The notes under the pieces: model-generated
What the model saw: the letters and a program-made list of their open reading frames with translations, nothing else
What the model was told of the DNA's origin: nothing
Databases searched by the model: none
Made by a program: the position numbers and the translations under genes
From: a virus
Lineage: Duplodnaviria > Caudoviricetes
DNA: 54,836 bases
Virus record (IMG/VR): IMGVR_UViG_3300033747_000027
Span: 1 to 54,836 of that record
Reading direction: 5' to 3' (one strand)
Shown: positions 43,241-51,832 of the stretch, piece after piece
Position numbering within the stretch: the first letter of the stretch is position 1
How the letters are laid out: every line of letters begins with the position of its first letter

Positions 43241-43507
43241 ATGGGAGTACTAAGATTAAAAGAACTGTTACAGGACAAAGGTGTGACAGGAAAGGATTTA
43301 GCAGGAAAAGTAGGAATTTCAACAACTGGGATGTCAGCAATTGTCAGCGGAAAAACATTCCCGAGACAGGAAGTATTAATAGAGATAGCGAATGTTTTGG
43401 ATGTAGATATCCGAGATTTGTTTGAGCCAACGAAAGAAGGGGCAAGCGATTTTGATTTCACTTGCCCCAATTGTGGGGTTAAACTAAAGGTTGATAAAAA
43501 AGGTTAG
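43241..43507 (+). CDS. XRE-family HTH regulator with C-terminal CxxC
   Basis: LKELLQDKGVTGKDLAGKVGIS...IANVLDVDIRDLF; CPNCG. Confidence 0.85.
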   Translation: MGVLRLKELLQDKGVTGKDLAGKVGISTTGMSAIVSGKTFPRQEVLIEIANVLDVDIRDLFEPTKEGASDFDFTCPNCGVKLKVDKKG

Positions 43508-43538
43508 ATGTATGTGCCTATTAATGAAGGCAAGTACA

Positions 43539-43850
43539 TCAATAGTCGTCGTTTACTTTTTTAATCTCATATCCTTCGTGCTCGGATTTCTGCTCTGCTA
43601 TTTTTCTCATAAACAGAAGATGTTCCAGCGCCTTAGATACCACCAGAAACATCAACAACCACAGAATACTCATAATAAGTATTTTAAAAGCGTCTAAAAC
43701 GATTTCATCCCTGTGCCAACTTTCGGTACTAAAAATAAAGAATAAGTCGCCAATAACACCAAAGACGAAAAACAGCCAACCAATAACTTTTGTTGTTTTA
43801 ACTAGGCTTCCAGAATAATCTACATTGATTTTTTTTAAATTTTCACTCAT
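43539..43850 (-). CDS. Two-TM membrane protein (moron)
   Basis: Two hydrophobic helices; AT-rich. Confidence 0.6.
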   Translation of the reverse strand: MSENLKKINVDYSGSLVKTTKVIGWLFFVFGVIGDLFFIFSTESWHRDEIVLDAFKILIMSILWLLMFLVVSKALEHLLFMRKIAEQKSEHEGYEIKKVNDDY

Positions 43851-43939
43851 AACTATATTCAAGGGTTAAAGATTAAAGCCTTGAATATAAAAATTTTCAG
43901 CTACATATATGTTTATTGTTCTTTGTTTATTTATACTAC

Positions 43940-44053
43940 TAATGCTTTATCATGTGCTTTATACTATGCTTTGTACCGTGCTTTGTTAAAATTTGACAGG
44001 GCAGATTATTTGCTCTATCAAGTGCTTTATTAAAATTTGATAGAGCAAAATTA
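43940..44053. repeat. Iteron-like array (possible origin or relic of a replication gene)
   Basis: TGCTTT at 12-bp spacing (43943, 43955, 43967, 43979); about 30-bp direct repeat at 43978/44022; 13-bp perfect inverted repeat at 44009-21/44037-49. Confidence 0.75.
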
Positions 44054-44206
44054 ATAATTACCTCTTTAGGCTAATTTGCAAAATTGATTTTAAGGCTGTT
44101 TTTAGCCACTTAAATTTTGCGCATGATAGTTTTGTCATCTTTGAGATAAAAATTGAAATACGGTCAATTATGGGCTACCAAAATGCAAATAACGTTTGCA
44201 TTTCTA

Positions 44207-44770
44207 TCATATCAATGTCTTCCCGTTCAATTTTTGCTTAATCAGGTTTACAACCTTGTTATAGGTTTCATAAAGCTCTTTCTTCTGTTCCGGACCATCC
44301 CACTCACTTAAAGGCAACCCAAGTATAAACCGGTGTTTAAATATCCGCTTAGCCTTATCAGAAAGGTTCAATTCATCGGCAATAGTCCTGACCTGATTTA
44401 TTTGATCAAATATTCTAGCCGGTTTGTCATCATCATCATCATCATCATCAAAATCAACAAGCTTAATACAAGAAAGCTCAACCTCTTCTTTTGGGATAGG
44501 CTTATATCGATTCTGGTAAGGAGATGTCGGAGAGTAGATGTTCAACTTGATCATCCGAAGCACATAAAAATCGAGTTCGCGATATTGTCCTTTTTTAGTG
44601 TTATAGAGCGTCAGTAGCTTGCATTCATTCTTCTCAAGAAGATACAAAACCACCTCATTAAGAACGTCACTGGCCTCATCAGATATCCCAGCCTGCGTGC
44701 AATGGAAAAGAGAATAATCGAGCCACCTGGCGTATCGATGTTCGATGTATCTGGTAATTTCTTTGTCCAT
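44207..44770 (-). CDS. Sigma-factor-like putative late transcription activator
   Basis: ASDVLNEVVLYLLEK...FYVLRMIK resembles region 2; LSDKAKRIF resembles region 4; ends the replication operon. Confidence 0.55.
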   Translation of the reverse strand: MDKEITRYIEHRYARWLDYSLFHCTQAGISDEASDVLNEVVLYLLEKNECKLLTLYNTKKGQYRELDFYVLRMIKLNIYSPTSPYQNRYKPIPKEEVELSCIKLVDFDDDDDDDDKPARIFDQINQVRTIADELNLSDKAKRIFKHRFILGLPLSEWDGPEQKKELYETYNKVVNLIKQKLNGKTLI

Positions 44771-44773
44771 ATA

Positions 44774-45082
44774 TTAAAATAGATCAGCTGAGAATAATTC
44801 CATCTGTTGTTTTTCCAATCCACATCCTCCACAGGCCATCCCAAGCATGCTGAAGCCGAACATCGGATTAACGGTACATGGAAGGCCAAAATCCTTACAC
44901 CAGGCATTGTCCAAATCCAAATGGATACATCCATGACATGCTTGCGTGTCTATCCAGTACTTCACAGTGCTTTGCGAGTTGGCTTTTTTCCACTGCTCCC
45001 ATCGTTCTTTTCTTTCTTCTTCAGTATAGGCGTTTGAATAATCGCCGAATATTTCCTCAAATGTTGATTTGGCTGTTATCAT
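44774..45082 (-). CDS. Cys-rich hypothetical protein
   Basis: CHGC...C...C...CGGC; ends QMELFSADLF. Confidence 0.6.
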   Translation of the reverse strand: MITAKSTFEEIFGDYSNAYTEEERKERWEQWKKANSQSTVKYWIDTQACHGCIHLDLDNAWCKDFGLPCTVNPMFGFSMLGMACGGCGLEKQQMELFSADLF

Positions 45083-45091
45083 GGTTCTATT

Positions 45092-46516
45092 TTAAAAGGG
45101 TTGATCATCTTTACCGTTTGAAAAATCTTCATTTGCTGGCACAAGATCAAAAGGTAATTCTTCAGCTGGGTTCTTATCTGAAAACTTGGTCTTTTCTGAG
45201 TTTGCCCAGAATTCCGGATGACCTTTTTTGCCTCTTCTGTTTTTTGATATCTTCAGTTTAATCTCACCAGAAATTTCATAAAGGAAAATAACCACGTCTG
45301 AATCCTGTTCGATTGCTCCGGATTCTCGTAAATCAGAAAGATTAGGCTCTTTGTCTGTTCGTTTATCAATGTCTCTATTCAATTGCGATAGTTCGAGAAT
45401 TGGTATCTCTTCACGCAAAGCTGCCTGCTTCAACTTTCTGGTAATATCTGCTATTTGTTGCTCCCTGATAGCCTTTTTATCGGATGGAGCTGCAAGCTGC
45501 AAATAATCAATAATGATCATATCACACTTACCGGCTTTTCTGTTTCGACGTGTATTTGCAACAATTTGATTGATATTCATATCTGGGTTATCATTCCAAA
45601 GAATAGGTAGCGTTTCTAGTTCCCCAACAGCAATATTGATCTTTGCCCAATCTGGTTCCTCAATCCTTCCATCCCTGATATCGGAGCGATCGATATCAGT
45701 TTCACCTGATAGTAGAATCCTGAATAGATCTGAACTTTTCATTTCTAATCCGTAAAAATTAACCCACTTGCCTTGCCTTGCAGCTGTAACTGCCAGGTGC
45801 AATGCAAACGACGTTTTCCCAACGCCAGGGCGGGCAGCTATGGTGATAAGATTTGTATCCCTCCAGCCTCCGGTGGCAGCATCCAATGTGGGGATTCCGG
45901 TCGTAATACCAGGAGACAATCCATTTTTGAACGCTTCAACATCTGCCTCAAGCTCATCAACGGCCTCTTTTGCAACTATTTTTGTTGTTTTGCCCGGGTT
46001 GCTACCAGCCATAAAATTGTCGATATCACTCAGCTTACCTCTCGCTTCCGATAGTAAATCTTCAATGTCGATATTATCATCATATGCGCTGGTCTGGATT
46101 TCAGAAGACACCCGAATCAATTCACGTTGAATATATTTCTGAGCAATGATACGTGCGTGAAATTCGATATGAGCTGCCGAGGCCACCCGACTTGTCAACT
46201 GCGTAATATAAAGTGGACCTCCCACTGCGTCCAGTGTTTCAATATCTTTCAGTTGCTGAGTCACCATCATCAGATCGACAGGTTTCTCATGTGTGGAAAG
46301 GTATTTTATTGCTTCAAATATCTTACGGTGCTCTTGCTTATAGAAACTCTCGGTATCAACAATAGCTGAAACAATTTGGTAAGCATCACGCTCTAACATC
46401 AAGGCGCCCAAAACAGCCTCTTCAACATCAATAGCCTGAGGAGGCAATTTCCCGTATTTGGAATTTATATCCTCTGTTTTATCGCGTTGATTTCTATTAT
46501 TTTTCTTGTCTACCAT
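45092..46516 (-). CDS. dnaB: Replicative DNA helicase
   Basis: PPQAIDVEEAVLG, AARPGVGKT, IIDYLQL, LSQLNR and SDLRESGAIEQDSD. Confidence 0.96.
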   Translation of the reverse strand: MVDKKNNRNQRDKTEDINSKYGKLPPQAIDVEEAVLGALMLERDAYQIVSAIVDTESFYKQEHRKIFEAIKYLSTHEKPVDLMMVTQQLKDIETLDAVGGPLYITQLTSRVASAAHIEFHARIIAQKYIQRELIRVSSEIQTSAYDDNIDIEDLLSEARGKLSDIDNFMAGSNPGKTTKIVAKEAVDELEADVEAFKNGLSPGITTGIPTLDAATGGWRDTNLITIAARPGVGKTSFALHLAVTAARQGKWVNFYGLEMKSSDLFRILLSGETDIDRSDIRDGRIEEPDWAKINIAVGELETLPILWNDNPDMNINQIVANTRRNRKAGKCDMIIIDYLQLAAPSDKKAIREQQIADITRKLKQAALREEIPILELSQLNRDIDKRTDKEPNLSDLRESGAIEQDSDVVIFLYEISGEIKLKISKNRRGKKGHPEFWANSEKTKFSDKNPAEELPFDLVPANEDFSNGKDDQPF

Positions 46517-47322
46517 TTGTCTGGTTTGTAGGGTTCTTTACTTGCTGTAACCTCACCATCTTTTGGCTTATAAACCTTATTCATGTCGATCGCATTGGTC
46601 AGCGTGGTTTTCCAATTAATGTCCTTGGATCGCTTTTTCTTTTTGTGCGTCCACCCGGCATCAGTCGCCCAAAAATTAGTGCAAGCTTTTTCAAGTGAAA
46701 GTTTGATGTCTACATTCGGGTGAAATTTTTCCTGTGTCCGGATATACTCAGGATCTTCAATCAACTTCCGATAAGCAATTCGTAATTCTTTCAAATAGAT
46801 TTTGATATCTTTCTTCCAAGAAACATCACCACCATCAGGTTCCCCCTTGGGGGGTAAGGGGGTATTATTCTTTACTTTACTTTCCTTTACTTTACTTGTT
46901 ATCGGAATTTTGTCTTTTGTTATAACATTGCTATCCGTTTTTGTAACATTGTTATCTTTTTTACCATTCCACCGTTTTTCCATCCCTTTTTTTCCAGCGT
47001 CTGAACGTCTTTTGGTTTTTTCATCTTTCAATTTCATCCTTTCCATGAAGCTTTCGGAGTAGAATCGCTTACCGTCATCGGTAAATGAAAATAGCCCGAA
47101 GTCCTGGACAACAGATTTAACCTTTTCAGCACTAACACGAAGGTCAAAAGCTATCATATTGTAATCTTTGACGCTCGTATAATCGGCTTCATCGCGAAGA
47201 CGTTCAATCAGCATGAAATAAACTCCATACCCTTCAGCACCGTGTCTCATCCGCATGGCGAGAATCTTCTCATCATTGCGAGCGTTACTATCGTGACTGA
47301 AGTATGAGGTCTTTTTACTCAT
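46510..47322 (-). CDS. Phage replication initiator (DUF4373/Lin1244-like)
   Basis: YFSHDSNARNDEKI...GYGVYFMLIE; RSDAGKKG; internal DNA repeats; directly upstream of dnaB. Confidence 0.8.
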   Translation of the reverse strand: MSKKTSYFSHDSNARNDEKILAMRMRHGAEGYGVYFMLIERLRDEADYTSVKDYNMIAFDLRVSAEKVKSVVQDFGLFSFTDDGKRFYSESFMERMKLKDEKTKRRSDAGKKGMEKRWNGKKDNNVTKTDSNVITKDKIPITSKVKESKVKNNTPLPPKGEPDGGDVSWKKDIKIYLKELRIAYRKLIEDPEYIRTQEKFHPNVDIKLSLEKACTNFWATDAGWTHKKKKRSKDINWKTTLTNAIDMNKVYKPKDGEVTASKEPYKPDKW

Positions 47323-48095
47323 ACCTTAATTGCATTTACATTCATAGATTCTAAGTTTAAATATGCCCCATGGTGATCAATGGAACCGGAGCTAAGAAGC
47401 TTCCAGAGGATTGCACACCCAATTTGCGCCAAGGTTGAGTTAATGAACAGATCTTGTTTGGTTAAAGCTTCAGCCAGAGAGCAGCTGGGCCCAGAATCTT
47501 TATCCTTCACATTTGAAAGATCATGAAGCTCTCCAATAGTCTTGAGCGTTGAAACTGTTTCGACATCTTGAATATTTGGCTGCTTAATTTGTCTTATAGA
47601 GCCAAGAACAACCTGTCCGGTCTTTTGAGTGTTCCCAAAGTCCATCCAGTATATAGGTCTGTTTTCGGTGCTTTGATGGGTATTTGATTCGTTTAACGCT
47701 TGATACAGATCAATTCTGGACTGAAGAGTATCGACGCAGGTGATTGTGATATTGGCCAACTCGTGACAGATAGAATCGTTCAACTGAGCTTTCTCCGGAA
47801 TTGCTTCCCAGGATAGACCAAAGAACCTATTGACACGGGTTACGAAAACATCGGCTTTATTTACGCCTAGATCAGATTCACTAAAAAGCTGACGACCAAG
47901 ATTACTCTCAGCAACAATATCCGGATCATACGCTCTCACGTGTAATCCGGGGTGCCCTAATTTGTATAGTGCGTGATCAATTCTGGCCAATGCTGTCAAC
48001 ACCTGACTTCCGGTACCACCAACACCGATCAGATTGACTGTCACAGGGTGTGACGGATTGAGAAGGTATTTGTCTGTGTAGTGCACTCTTTTCAT
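47319..48095 (-). CDS. PRTRC system ThiF/E1-like protein
   Basis: IGVGGTGS, D.D.V.ESNLGRQLF, NKA, CVD, DFGN and PSCSLAEALTKQDLFIN. Confidence 0.92.
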   Translation of the reverse strand: MKRVHYTDKYLLNPSHPVTVNLIGVGGTGSQVLTALARIDHALYKLGHPGLHVRAYDPDIVAESNLGRQLFSESDLGVNKADVFVTRVNRFFGLSWEAIPEKAQLNDSICHELANITITCVDTLQSRIDLYQALNESNTHQSTENRPIYWMDFGNTQKTGQVVLGSIRQIKQPNIQDVETVSTLKTIGELHDLSNVKDKDSGPSCSLAEALTKQDLFINSTLAQIGCAILWKLLSSGSIDHHGAYLNLESMNVNAIKV

Positions 48096-48784
48096 TTCAA
48101 TAGAGATTTGAGGGTTAATTTTTCCAATGGCTTTAACTCGTCCAATGGGAAGTCACAACCGGTTTTAATACAGCGCTTGGTAATGGTGCTTAGATTTCCT
48201 TTTATTGGGTTACTACCCAAGATATGATCGAATTCAGAAAGCCAAAATTTATCTTCCCAGTACTGGATAATTCTATCATAAGTAAGCTCTTCCGGCCATT
48301 TCATTTTTGCATTTCCCATGCAGACTTTCGCGTTGTTACTAACGTTGAAGAATGGAGCAGAATACAGTCTAGTGCTCATTCCCACCCTGGCCTTACTTTT
48401 TACTGCAAATACAGATAGAGTTTTACCTTCGACCATGTACACAAGACCCGGGAGCTTGATCTCTCCATTTGGAATATTTAATGCCTTAGTAAAGTACATC
48501 TGTCGTTTTTCAGGCTTCCGGTACCAGATGTATTTTTCATTACCAGGCCTTGGATCAGCGTAAAGCATATAAGATGGGATAAGGCCATGAATCATTTTCA
48601 CAGATGTATGTGAAATCACTTCTGATATATCGCTCAGGCAATCCTCTGTCAATGGAACTCCAGCTGTCATCTTTCCATTGATGATATCCCGACGTTCAAG
48701 GTAGTAATCACCAACACCTTCATAGACAATAATCGCCATTTTAGGCTCGACATTGGCTGTTAGTTTTTCAGTTATGCTGTTCAT
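48092..48784 (-). CDS. PRTRC system protein B (prokaryotic E2 family D)
   Basis: LYSAPFFNV....VCMGN...FWLSEF.H with the catalytic Cys. Confidence 0.88.
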   Translation of the reverse strand: MNSITEKLTANVEPKMAIIVYEGVGDYYLERRDIINGKMTAGVPLTEDCLSDISEVISHTSVKMIHGLIPSYMLYADPRPGNEKYIWYRKPEKRQMYFTKALNIPNGEIKLPGLVYMVEGKTLSVFAVKSKARVGMSTRLYSAPFFNVSNNAKVCMGNAKMKWPEELTYDRIIQYWEDKFWLSEFDHILGSNPIKGNLSTITKRCIKTGCDFPLDELKPLEKLTLKSLLK

Positions 48785-49901
48785 AAGCTTCTAATTTTTC
48801 ATATAATTCACAAAACCATTTATGAAACTGCATAGGATATTCTGATACTGACAGGGTTTCTTTTGTCTCCGGAGAAAGGATAATATATTGAGTTGGACCA
48901 CTACACCCGAACTCTCCAATGTCACAATTGATGAATTCCTGTAAATTTTGGCCGATGAAATCATCATCATCCCAAAGCACCGCAAGGGTACGGTCAAACT
49001 CAACCATAGCCCTACCGTCATATTCAAATTCACCTAAAGAGTCTCTATCCTCCGAATAGTCAAATCTCCCAAGAGAATTGTTTTCCATTAATGAAATGCC
49101 ACTAACGATTACTGATAGAAGCTCTTTATCCTTGTTATTTAATGATTTATTGGGAGTCATACACTTCTCAAGGAGTCGTTTTGAATCGACTTCAATATTG
49201 TTTATCTCTCTGAACAACTCTGGTATTCTCCCGTCTGTGTACTCTTTAGCTAAATCCTTGCACTGTTCATCGAGTTCATCATTGTATAATTCCTCGGGGA
49301 GCCAACATTCAACTATATAATCATAGTCTTCGTTATCTCCAGGCACATTGATATACTGAGATTGAGAAAATAAAGCCACAAACTCTTTGAATATCCCAGC
49401 CATTGTAGAAGACATATGGTCGATAAATTTCAAAGGCAGAAATACAAACTGATCCGGAAATTTGGATGTAGCATAAACAGTAAAAAATAAATGTCCTCCA
49501 TCTCCTTCGCAAGCATCAATATTCAGTTCGTGCGTAGATGGAATCGAAGCATCTAGTTCTTGATAGATCCTGAAAATGTCAGTATAATGATTTCCGGTAA
49601 GTGTGGTTTTAAAATCCTTATTCAGCAACTGACAATAGTTTTTTGCTGAATTGAACAGGTATTTTACACTGTCTTCCAATTTAAGGTTGTGTTCACGGAA
49701 CATCCTAACTCTTTCGCTCGACGAATGAATGATTGAATTGAAAGTTTCATTCAGAATACTGGATCCAATACTACAGCCGGAGGAGAACGCCTCTTTTGAC
49801 GTTCTCTGACTCCGTGTTGTATCTGTGACCTGTTTTTTTCTTGCAAGAATACTCGCCCTAAAGCCCGGTGAAATTCTTCTATGTTTCGTTTCGATTTGCA
49901 T
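48768..49901 (-). CDS. PRTRC-associated protein (protein F position)
   Basis: Lies between proteins C and B; likely ATG at 49901. Confidence 0.6.
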   Translation of the reverse strand: MQIETKHRRISPGFRASILARKKQVTDTTRSQRTSKEAFSSGCSIGSSILNETFNSIIHSSSERVRMFREHNLKLEDSVKYLFNSAKNYCQLLNKDFKTTLTGNHYTDIFRIYQELDASIPSTHELNIDACEGDGGHLFFTVYATSKFPDQFVFLPLKFIDHMSSTMAGIFKEFVALFSQSQYINVPGDNEDYDYIVECWLPEELYNDELDEQCKDLAKEYTDGRIPELFREINNIEVDSKRLLEKCMTPNKSLNNKDKELLSVIVSGISLMENNSLGRFDYSEDRDSLGEFEYDGRAMVEFDRTLAVLWDDDDFIGQNLQEFINCDIGEFGCSGPTQYIILSPETKETLSVSEYPMQFHKWFCELYEKLEAYEQHN

Positions 49902-49908
49902 TTCTTCA

Positions 49909-50118
49909 TTATCCTTTCGTTCCAACTGTGGTTTTAAACTCATACACTGCCTTTTCATCATCGATTTCCGGGCCATGAACAGTTGATGTCGTCAACTCTG
50001 GATAGGTATTCGAATAGAAGTTCATCACTTCATCAGGAGAGAAGTTTTTATTTGGATCGGACAGCTGATTGCCGTCATATTTAAATACTCGCGTTAAACT
50101 TTTAATATCTAGTGCCAT
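49909..50118 (-). CDS. PRTRC system protein C (ubiquitin-like)
   Basis: LTRVFKY...LSDP...V..FYSNTYPELTT...GP...VGTKG. Confidence 0.9.
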   Translation of the reverse strand: MALDIKSLTRVFKYDGNQLSDPNKNFSPDEVMNFYSNTYPELTTSTVHGPEIDDEKAVYEFKTTVGTKG

Positions 50119-50123
50119 AATTA

Positions 50124-50642
50124 TTACTCCCCGCCAAATAGGCTATTTTGATTCAACTTCTCTTTTAATTCAGTAATCCTTGTTTGGATTTTTTGAGTGT
50201 CTGAAGTGACTTCCAAAACAGCAGTTAATGTTTTGACTGCACCGCGATAATCTTCTTCATTTTCCTGCTCATCGGCCTTTTCAAACAGCTTTTTTTCTTT
50301 CTTCTGTCGAGCTTCAGCCTCTTTCTTTTCCTTATCCTTTTTATCCTTTTCAGCCTTGCTATTGGCCGCGGCTTCTTTTACTGATTTTTCATGTTCAGCC
50401 ATGTTAGCTAATAGTCCTGTTGATTGTGAAAGAGGTGACTTAATCGCAGCAACGAATTCATTATCTAGTTCTTCAGGAGTGCCGGTGATTATCAAGGGCT
50501 GAATTTTAAACTGAGCTGGATCATCGACTTTTTTAGATTTTGGCATCAAGCTGACTGTAACTTCAGCGCCTTTCTTCCTAATGGTTAAGCTTAAATCAAC
50601 ACCATCTGGAAGCATGTTTGATAATTCTGTAAATAGATTCAT
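50124..50642 (-). CDS. PRTRC system protein E
   Basis: PLIITGTPEELDNEF motif; charged C-terminus ending QNSLFGGE. Confidence 0.88.
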   Translation of the reverse strand: MNLFTELSNMLPDGVDLSLTIRKKGAEVTVSLMPKSKKVDDPAQFKIQPLIITGTPEELDNEFVAAIKSPLSQSTGLLANMAEHEKSVKEAAANSKAEKDKKDKEKKEAEARQKKEKKLFEKADEQENEEDYRGAVKTLTAVLEVTSDTQKIQTRITELKEKLNQNSLFGGE

Positions 50643-50661
50643 GATTTGATTTTTATAGTGA

Positions 50662-51807
50662 TTAAACGGCAATCATCATTGGCATAATTAGGATTGTAAG
50701 AGAGTGATATTCATCTCCTTCATCGTAAACTGGTGAAATAAGAGCAGCTGTGTTTGATTCTCGCATTGTGATTCTAACTTCTGGAGTATCAATAGCATTT
50801 AGACATTGGAGTAGAAACTCGCTCTTAAAACCGATCTCAATTAATTCAGTGGACGAATACTCAACAGACATTTGCTCTTGAGCTGACATTTGGAAATCAT
50901 CATCTTTTCCACTTACTGTTAAGTTTTGATCTGAAATCGAAAGGCTAACAAGAAGTGAGCTCTTATTGGCAAAAATGGATGTCCTTTTCAATGCTCCATT
51001 AAAGCTCTTTACATCTGCTTTAACTTCCTTGTCATTGTCTCGTGGAATTACCGCTCTGAAGTTTGGATAATTGCCTTCTATCAAACGGTACACTATTTTA
51101 GTATCGCCAAACATGGCCGTCAAATTTCGACTTCCTATTTGTAATTCTATAGTATCTATTCCATCTGCGAGTTCGGAAATAATCTTACCAAACTTCAACG
51201 GCAAAACAATATTGAAATCATCTAAGTCAGTATTGAATACTTCGTAAATACCCATCATATTGGAGTTGGTAGAAGTAAAGGTCAATTTACCTTCCTTACT
51301 CTCCATAAGCACGCTATTCATGATAGGCCTCAATTCATCGTGACCTGCAAATCCGATAACCTTTTTTATACCATCAACCAAAACATGACTTTCAAGTGTA
51401 ATTGGTCGAATCGTTTCTCCTGCCTTTTGCTGAATAACAGAAAAGTCATCGTTTGATATTACTGGGATTCTGTAGATTCCGCTTTCATGCTTCAACGTTG
51501 CATTTCCAGAGCTTCCTTTTATTTCTACATCAATTATTAACGGTTGTTCAGGGAGAACCTTTAAACCATCAAGCATTATCTTGTGCTCGATTTGGAACTT
51601 ACAATTTTCCATCGACTGAGAAACACACTCGATCGTTTTAGTAATATTACCCTCTCTGTCCGCACCAGTGACCGATAAAACTCCATCATTAATTTCAAAC
51701 AAAAAGTTGTCGTGACAAGGTATTAAGCTTTTATTGCTTACGACCTTTCCCACTGCTGTCAGCTTATTCAGCAGTTCATTTCTTGATACTGTAATTTGTC
51801 CATTCAT
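50662..51807 (-). CDS. dnaN: DNA polymerase III beta sliding clamp (phage copy)
   Basis: DELRPIMNSV, RLIEGNYPNFRAVIP, IGFKSEFL and ILIMPM motifs. Confidence 0.93.
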   Translation of the reverse strand: MNGQITVSRNELLNKLTAVGKVVSNKSLIPCHDNFLFEINDGVLSVTGADREGNITKTIECVSQSMENCKFQIEHKIMLDGLKVLPEQPLIIDVEIKGSSGNATLKHESGIYRIPVISNDDFSVIQQKAGETIRPITLESHVLVDGIKKVIGFAGHDELRPIMNSVLMESKEGKLTFTSTNSNMMGIYEVFNTDLDDFNIVLPLKFGKIISELADGIDTIELQIGSRNLTAMFGDTKIVYRLIEGNYPNFRAVIPRDNDKEVKADVKSFNGALKRTSIFANKSSLLVSLSISDQNLTVSGKDDDFQMSAQEQMSVEYSSTELIEIGFKSEFLLQCLNAIDTPEVRITMRESNTAALISPVYDEGDEYHSLTILIMPMMIAV

Positions 51808-51832
51808 ATTAAATTGATTTTTAGAATTATAT

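Noticed and set aside
44427-44450. (TCA)8 microsatellite as a phase-variation switch
   Set aside because: In-frame triplet encoding a poly-Asp linker; slippage would not switch expression off.
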